Below, in pieces: positions 16,062 to 20,000 of a stretch of 20,000 nt of DNA. Below the pieces are notes generated by a model, which was not told where the DNA came from, searched no databases, and saw nothing but the letters and a program-made list of their open reading frames with translations. This DNA is from an uncultured virus (IMG/VR IMGVR_UViG_3300027659_000025) (taxonomy: Duplodnaviria; Heunggongvirae; Uroviricota; Caudoviricetes). Both the position numbers and the translations under genes were made by a program. The stretch lies in the IMG/VR virus record IMGVR_UViG_3300027659_000025, one strand, 5' to 3'. Numbering within the stretch: position 1 is the stretch's first letter; every line of letters starts with the position of its first letter.

Positions 16062-17408
16062 TTAAAAAGTAAATCCTCGAGAAGTTCTTTTAGTACCTTG
16101 ATGTAGCGGAAACAGATACTCAATACCATAACGTACACCGTCAGAGAAGTGCTCTGCACCTTCTGATTTGTCAATAACAGCGTAGTCTGGATTGTTGTCT
16201 ACCCATTTAGTTCTTTCAAGAGACGTAATAAGCCCATTACAACGAGGATGTACATATAAGTCGATATCACCAGCTGCTGTTAACAATTTCTTATTGACAG
16301 CTGCTACTGAATCCACAATAGGAGGAGCTTTAGGGTGAGCTAAACATTTTATTTTATAAGATTCCAATATACTAAAGTCAGTACGACCTACAGGCGCAGA
16401 AGTCTTCCGCGACCGTCCAGATGGATCAGGATACGCATATATAGTATGTCCTCTGTATTTTTCACTAATAGTCTTAGCTAAAGTCTCAGTATCAGGATGA
16501 CCTTTTAATTCATCGATAAAGTGGATTTGTTTACCACGAATAGCAAATATTGAAGAACATTGTAAGCCTACGTTAAAGTCAATATTAATATGGACGTCTT
16601 CGCCCTTCTCACCATGTTCTGGAGGATTGAAATATGGTAAGTCATCTCTGACATGCTTTTTCCTGTCGAAGCAGTAAAAAACGCTATTGCCAGATTCTGT
16701 AAATGAAGCTAAATACTCAGATGCAAACTCAATAGGATCTAGATTGTGTTTAATTCGTTCTATTTCATTGGCATCTAGAAATGGAGAAGTCTTATAGTCA
16801 AACTGATATGATTTCCAGTTCTTGTCTAAGCCTTCATATGTATACAACTCATGAAAGTAATTATAACCTTTAGGTGTACCTATGATTAAGGCTCTACCTG
16901 GGGCTCTTGCTCCGTAAGTTTGTGCACGTTGATTGGACCAACGAGTAATAATGGTAGGTTGGATAACGCCTTGCCAGGCTTCTTTAGGACTAATGCCTTT
17001 TCTACAGGAAGAGACTTCATCCCACACAACAAAATAGGCACCTTTGCCTCGCATCCTCTCAACTGCTTCATAAGACAATAGCCTTAACTCTACATTGTTC
17101 GGGAAGACAAACCTACCTAAGTCACGTGATGATTTAATAGCATAGCGTTCCATACCTAAATCATAATTAATTAATGGAAAGTAAATATCAGTTACTTGAT
17201 CATAAGTTGGTGCTATAATATAAACTGTTTTGTTTGGTACATTACTGCCTAATTCTAATAGCTCAAATACTGCAGTTGTTCCAGCAACACTGGCCATAAA
17301 GGACTTGCCCCAGCCACGTGAACAGCATACTACAGAGAATCGGCATGTTTGATTTACAAATAGATCTTCAAAAACTTCTGATTGACCTTCATGTAGATTT
17401 ATTGACAT
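16062..17408 (-). CDS. terL: Terminase large subunit
   Basis: 448 aa. LH..Q adenine-binding motif, Walker A variant CSRGWGKS, IIAPTYDQ, MRG, Walker B FVVWDE, coupling motif IGTPKG, F..EY.ASF, RNase H-like nuclease acidic motifs IDFN, YPDPSG and HFSDGVRY. Confidence 0.95.
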   Translation of the reverse strand: MSINLHEGQSEVFEDLFVNQTCRFSVVCCSRGWGKSFMASVAGTTAVFELLELGSNVPNKTVYIIAPTYDQVTDIYFPLINYDLGMERYAIKSSRDLGRFVFPNNVELRLLSYEAVERMRGKGAYFVVWDEVSSCRKGISPKEAWQGVIQPTIITRWSNQRAQTYGARAPGRALIIGTPKGYNYFHELYTYEGLDKNWKSYQFDYKTSPFLDANEIERIKHNLDPIEFASEYLASFTESGNSVFYCFDRKKHVRDDLPYFNPPEHGEKGEDVHINIDFNVGLQCSSIFAIRGKQIHFIDELKGHPDTETLAKTISEKYRGHTIYAYPDPSGRSRKTSAPVGRTDFSILESYKIKCLAHPKAPPIVDSVAAVNKKLLTAAGDIDLYVHPRCNGLITSLERTKWVDNNPDYAVIDKSEGAEHFSDGVRYGIEYLFPLHQGTKRTSRGFTF

Positions 17409-17556
17409 CTACTTTTACCTTTACTTCAGTAATGTTATTGAATATCTCTATCTTAAATCCTTTTATTTCAGTGTTTGCAAGATGCCCATATTTTTGCAAT
17501 AAATATTGAAATAATTGAGCATCGTTCGTTTTAGTACACAAACGAAAGTTGTTCAT
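17389..17556 (-). CDS. Small hypothetical protein (55 aa)
   Basis: Not in the ORF track. Manual translation: MNNFRLCTKTNDAQLFQYLLQKYGHLANTEIKGFKIEIFNNITEVKVKVDVNKST*. AGGT upstream; fills the gap and overlaps both neighbours. Confidence 0.5.
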   Translation of the reverse strand: MNNFRLCTKTNDAQLFQYLLQKYGHLANTEIKGFKIEIFNNITEVKVKVDVNKST

Positions 17557-17743
17557 TTTTACCTATACGATTTGGATAGTAAGAGCATTCTACAACTAAT
17601 GGTGAATTAAGCTTAAATGTTACACGAAACTCTATAACGTTATCTGGTAATGATAATTTGTCTTTTAAGTAATCAAAAATCTCTATAGCTTCAAAATGAT
17701 TGCTATGAATTGGAGACCTAATCAAAGTCTTTTTCATCCTCAA
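17531..17743 (-). CDS. Hypothetical protein (70 aa)
   Basis: ORF track. GGAG upstream of the start; overlaps the end of 17718..18191. Confidence 0.6.
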   Translation of the reverse strand: MRMKKTLIRSPIHSNHFEAIEIFDYLKDKLSLPDNVIEFRVTFKLNSPLVVECSYYPNRIGKNEQLSFVY

Positions 17744-18191
17744 TCACTCCATCAGGTTGCTCTTCATTAATGACATATGTACTGCCTTTTTTAGTTAAAT
17801 TAATAACTAATGGCATTGGTATTTTCTTTTCATCTTCAACAACTTCAGGTACTCTACCATAACCATACCGAAGTAACTTTTCACCAATTGATATTTGTTT
17901 ATCAAACAAAGCATAATGAGCTTCTACACGATAAGCTCTAGGCTTTCCTGCTGCGTTTAATTCTACAAGAGCACCAGATCTTAATTTCTTCTGGTAAGCA
18001 ATTTCTTCATCTAATTCATTGTACTTTTGAACTAGTCTTGCAATAGGGTCATAATTTAAATTCTTCAATCGAGCTACACTTCTATTTCCACCACTAAAAT
18101 AGCTTGGTATTCCAGCTCTACGGCCGCCACTTTTTAATGGCTGTTCTATTTTGTCCTGTTGTATTTGTACAGGAAATTTTGTAGAAGGCAT
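17718..18191 (-). CDS. Probable terminase small subunit
   Basis: 157 aa, close upstream of terL. GGRRAGIP resembles the GGR.KG.PN motif, followed by L...YDPI and an LL.Y.Y helix as in many TerS-like proteins. Confidence 0.55.
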   Translation of the reverse strand: MPSTKFPVQIQQDKIEQPLKSGGRRAGIPSYFSGGNRSVARLKNLNYDPIARLVQKYNELDEEIAYQKKLRSGALVELNAAGKPRAYRVEAHYALFDKQISIGEKLLRYGYGRVPEVVEDEKKIPMPLVINLTKKGSTYVINEEQPDGVIEDEKDFD

Positions 18192-18200
18192 TAAAATCCT

Positions 18201-18455
18201 TTAGTAATAATACACATGTGGTTTTCTACCAACACTAGGCGTATCTAGTTTATCTAAGTCTTCAATTTTAGCTTTTGATACTTCATGTTCCCAAAGATGT
18301 GCTTTTCTTCTTTGAGGCTTAGTCATAAACAAACTAACCCACCAACCAGGAGTAGCTGACCACCATTTCCATGTAATATCTACTTTCTTTTTCTTTTTTG
18401 TAACAGAGTCAGAATGTAAAATTTTATTTGGAAGATCTTTTTGTGTTCTAGCCAT
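18201..18455 (-). CDS. Hypothetical Trp-rich basic protein (84 aa)
   Basis: The ORF track start is 18485, but AAGGAG precedes the ATG at 18455 (MARTQKD...). Contains WWSATPGWWVSLFMTKPQRR. Confidence 0.7.
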   Translation of the reverse strand: MARTQKDLPNKILHSDSVTKKKKKVDITWKWWSATPGWWVSLFMTKPQRRKAHLWEHEVSKAKIEDLDKLDTPSVGRKPHVYYY

Positions 18456-18468
18456 AACAATCTCCTTA

Positions 18469-18699
18469 TTATCGGTATTTTGCAACCTTCTTTACTACAC
18501 TATCAGGTTGTGCTGTAAATTGTTTACCTTTAGCATTTCCAACTGATTTAGCACGATTAGTAGCAGCTTTTTCAGAGCTTGATAATGAATCCCAAGCAGC
18601 GTCTGGTAAATATCTTTTCTTACCTTTAGAAGGTTTACCATCACTTGTTCGCCATTCTTGTTCAGTCCAGGCTTTTAAAGACGCTTGAGGATCTTTCAT
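18469..18699 (-). CDS. DUF5872-like protein, C-terminal half as a stand-alone gene (76 aa)
   Basis: Motifs Q.SLK.WT.Q.WRT, RYLP..AW..LS..EKAATNRAK and GKQF..QP. Confidence 0.7.
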   Translation of the reverse strand: MKDPQASLKAWTEQEWRTSDGKPSKGKKRYLPDAAWDSLSSSEKAATNRAKSVGNAKGKQFTAQPDSVVKKVAKYR

Positions 18700-18704
18700 A
18701 AACC

Positions 18705-18863
18705 CTACTTACTTAGTTTTTTAGGTTTTGTTTTAGGTGCGTGCATTAATGGTTTGCTATCAGCATCATGTTTAGCACCTGTCATAACTTCTTTACCATT
18801 TTTATGTGTAGGTCCACTATAAGGTGTACCATCTGCTAAATAATGTTTAGCTGTCTTGCTCAT
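18705..18863 (-). CDS. Small His-motif basic protein (52 aa)
   Basis: Not in the ORF track. Manual translation: MSKTAKHYLADGTPYSGPTHKNGKEVMTGAKHDADSKPLMHAPKTKPKKLSK*. AAGG upstream; fills the gap between two genes. Confidence 0.8.
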   Translation of the reverse strand: MSKTAKHYLADGTPYSGPTHKNGKEVMTGAKHDADSKPLMHAPKTKPKKLSK

Positions 18864-18895
18864 ACTTGTAACCTTTACTATAACAAATAGTTAAA

Positions 18896-19240
18896 TTAAA
18901 TTGGGTTATCTAAACTTACAACTAAATCATGTATATTTCTAAGATCTTCTTTTATACGAGATTCTTCATCTATCTTTTCAAAGTCTGTGCATTCAGTTGC
19001 ATGAATACAATACCACACTACATCTGTTAAAGCTTTTATACCATGATGTTTTTCTGCCTTGATATTAAGACAAGCAGGCCCATGAATAGTTGACCTAACA
19101 CCATCAACCATTAGCTCTATTGAACCACTTGCTAAGACAGATAAATGATCGTATTTGTGTTTATGTTGTACTACAATACCCCCGATAGGGATACGTATTT
19201 CTTTTGCATAAACTCCAACACTAAAATGATGACTAACCAT
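18896..19240 (-). CDS. Cupin-fold protein (114 aa)
   Basis: HHF..GVYAKE, HKHKYDHLSVLASG and HHGIKAL.D.VWYCIH provide cupin metal-binding His motifs. Confidence 0.75.
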   Translation of the reverse strand: MVSHHFSVGVYAKEIRIPIGGIVVQHKHKYDHLSVLASGSIELMVDGVRSTIHGPACLNIKAEKHHGIKALTDVVWYCIHATECTDFEKIDEESRIKEDLRNIHDLVVSLDNPI

Positions 19241-19270
19241 TAACTAGCCTTTTATGCTTAAGTGTCTTAT

Positions 19271-19462
19271 TCACGATTCATCTTTAGCTTTATATCCTCC
19301 ACCCTTAGCTTTATATTCACGAGCTAACAATTGAGCTTTTCTGGCAGACCACTCATTAGCATCACCACCAGATGTACCCGCCTTTATTTTTTGAAATAAT
19401 TCTTTTCGCATTTCAGGCTTAGTGTACACGTTTGCCTTATTTACAGTAGATTTAGTTCTCAT
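19271..19462 (-). CDS. DUF5872-like protein, N-terminal half as a stand-alone gene (63 aa)
   Basis: Motif YTKPEMRKELFQKIKAG..GG...EWSARKAQLLAREYKAKGGGY; GAGGA RBS. Confidence 0.7.
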   Translation of the reverse strand: MRTKSTVNKANVYTKPEMRKELFQKIKAGTSGGDANEWSARKAQLLAREYKAKGGGYKAKDES

Positions 19463-19545
19463 TCCAAACTTCCTCTATTCCCTTAAAAATCAAGGACTTA
19501 CGTAAACCACGTACCCTACCTACTCACTTCCCCGTTCATGCCGCT

Positions 19546-19579
19546 ATGATATATTTAAAGATATTTTTAAAGATATCAT
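19546..19579. repeat. Imperfect 14-bp inverted repeat overlapping three 12-bp tandem units in an AT-rich intergenic region
   Basis: ATGATATATTTAAA-gatatt-TTTAAAGATATCAT (13/14 match). The same stretch reads GATATATTTAAA / GATATTTTTAAA / GATATCATTTA in tandem. Confidence 0.6.
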
Positions 19580-19709
19580 TTAGTTAATTATTTATTATTT
19601 ATTAATTAAATAAACTATAACTAACTAACATACTCTTAAGGATATTAATTCTAGGGAGAACGTCCTTTGGGTTAATTTAACGGGTTGGTCTAAGACATTT
19701 TGTTCATAT

Positions 19710-19961
19710 TTATGTATGTATTACTTCTTTAATAAGTCTTGAATTTAAATTTGAAATAGCACCTAAGACTTCAAATATATTACCACCATCTTCTATAACC
19801 CAGCTTGATTCTATAGTGCCATTGCCTGATGCAATATATGCTATTGATTTTATATGGCCTTCTTTGGATTTTGTTAATAACTGTTCTAATAAACTTACTA
19901 ATTCTTCATTTACTTCAGAATAATTCCTTAATCCTGAAATGCTTATAATTTTGTCTGACAT
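19710..19961 (-). CDS. Hypothetical phage protein (83 aa)
   Basis: ORF track. Strong AAGGAG RBS; no recognised function. Confidence 0.75.
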   Translation of the reverse strand: MSDKIISISGLRNYSEVNEELVSLLEQLLTKSKEGHIKSIAYIASGNGTIESSWVIEDGGNIFEVLGAISNLNSRLIKEVIHT

Positions 19962-20000
19962 ATAACTCCTTAATAAAAAAAAAAAAAAAAAAAAAGGGGG

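Noticed and set aside
16886..17071. 61-aa minus-strand ORF nested in terL
   Set aside because: Alternative frame wholly inside the conserved ATPase domain; no independent support.
1368..17509. All plus-strand ORFs in the track (e.g. 1368..1577, 2007..2219, 3519..3713, 9924..10229, 11595..11894, 12240..12527, 14855..15142, 17318..17509)
   Set aside because: They are antisense shadows of well-supported minus-strand genes, with no recognisable motifs.
1..20000. Stop-codon reassignment
   Set aside because: Long genes are intact under the standard code, and TAA, TAG and TGA all end genes at tight boundaries.
1..20000. tRNA, rRNA, integrase or transposase genes
   Set aside because: None recognised; intergenic gaps are short and show no cloverleaf-like sequence.

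Overview
A 20 kb segment of an AT-rich tailed dsDNA phage (Caudoviricetes) packaging and virion-structure region. Every credible gene lies on the minus strand. In transcription order (right to left): small conserved hypothetical genes (two separated halves of a WSARKAQ/RYLP DUF5872-like protein, a cupin), a probable terminase small subunit, the terminase large subunit and an intrinsic terminator. Then comes a ~13 kb block of fibre-like/repeat structural proteins, fibre-chaperone-like proteins and two membrane/coiled-coil proteins, followed by a DUF4055-type portal. The most striking element directly follows the portal: a tandem array of at least four small basic genes (the fourth is missing from the ORF track and runs off the window). 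They share a near-identical 18-codon leader, M(A/T)DPERSAA(L/M)KGNKNASK, fused to otherwise unrelated bodies, consistent with a 'constant targeting tag + variable cargo' system. Three more small ORFs missed by the track were found by manual translation. All family assignments are from motif recognition only; no database searches were run.
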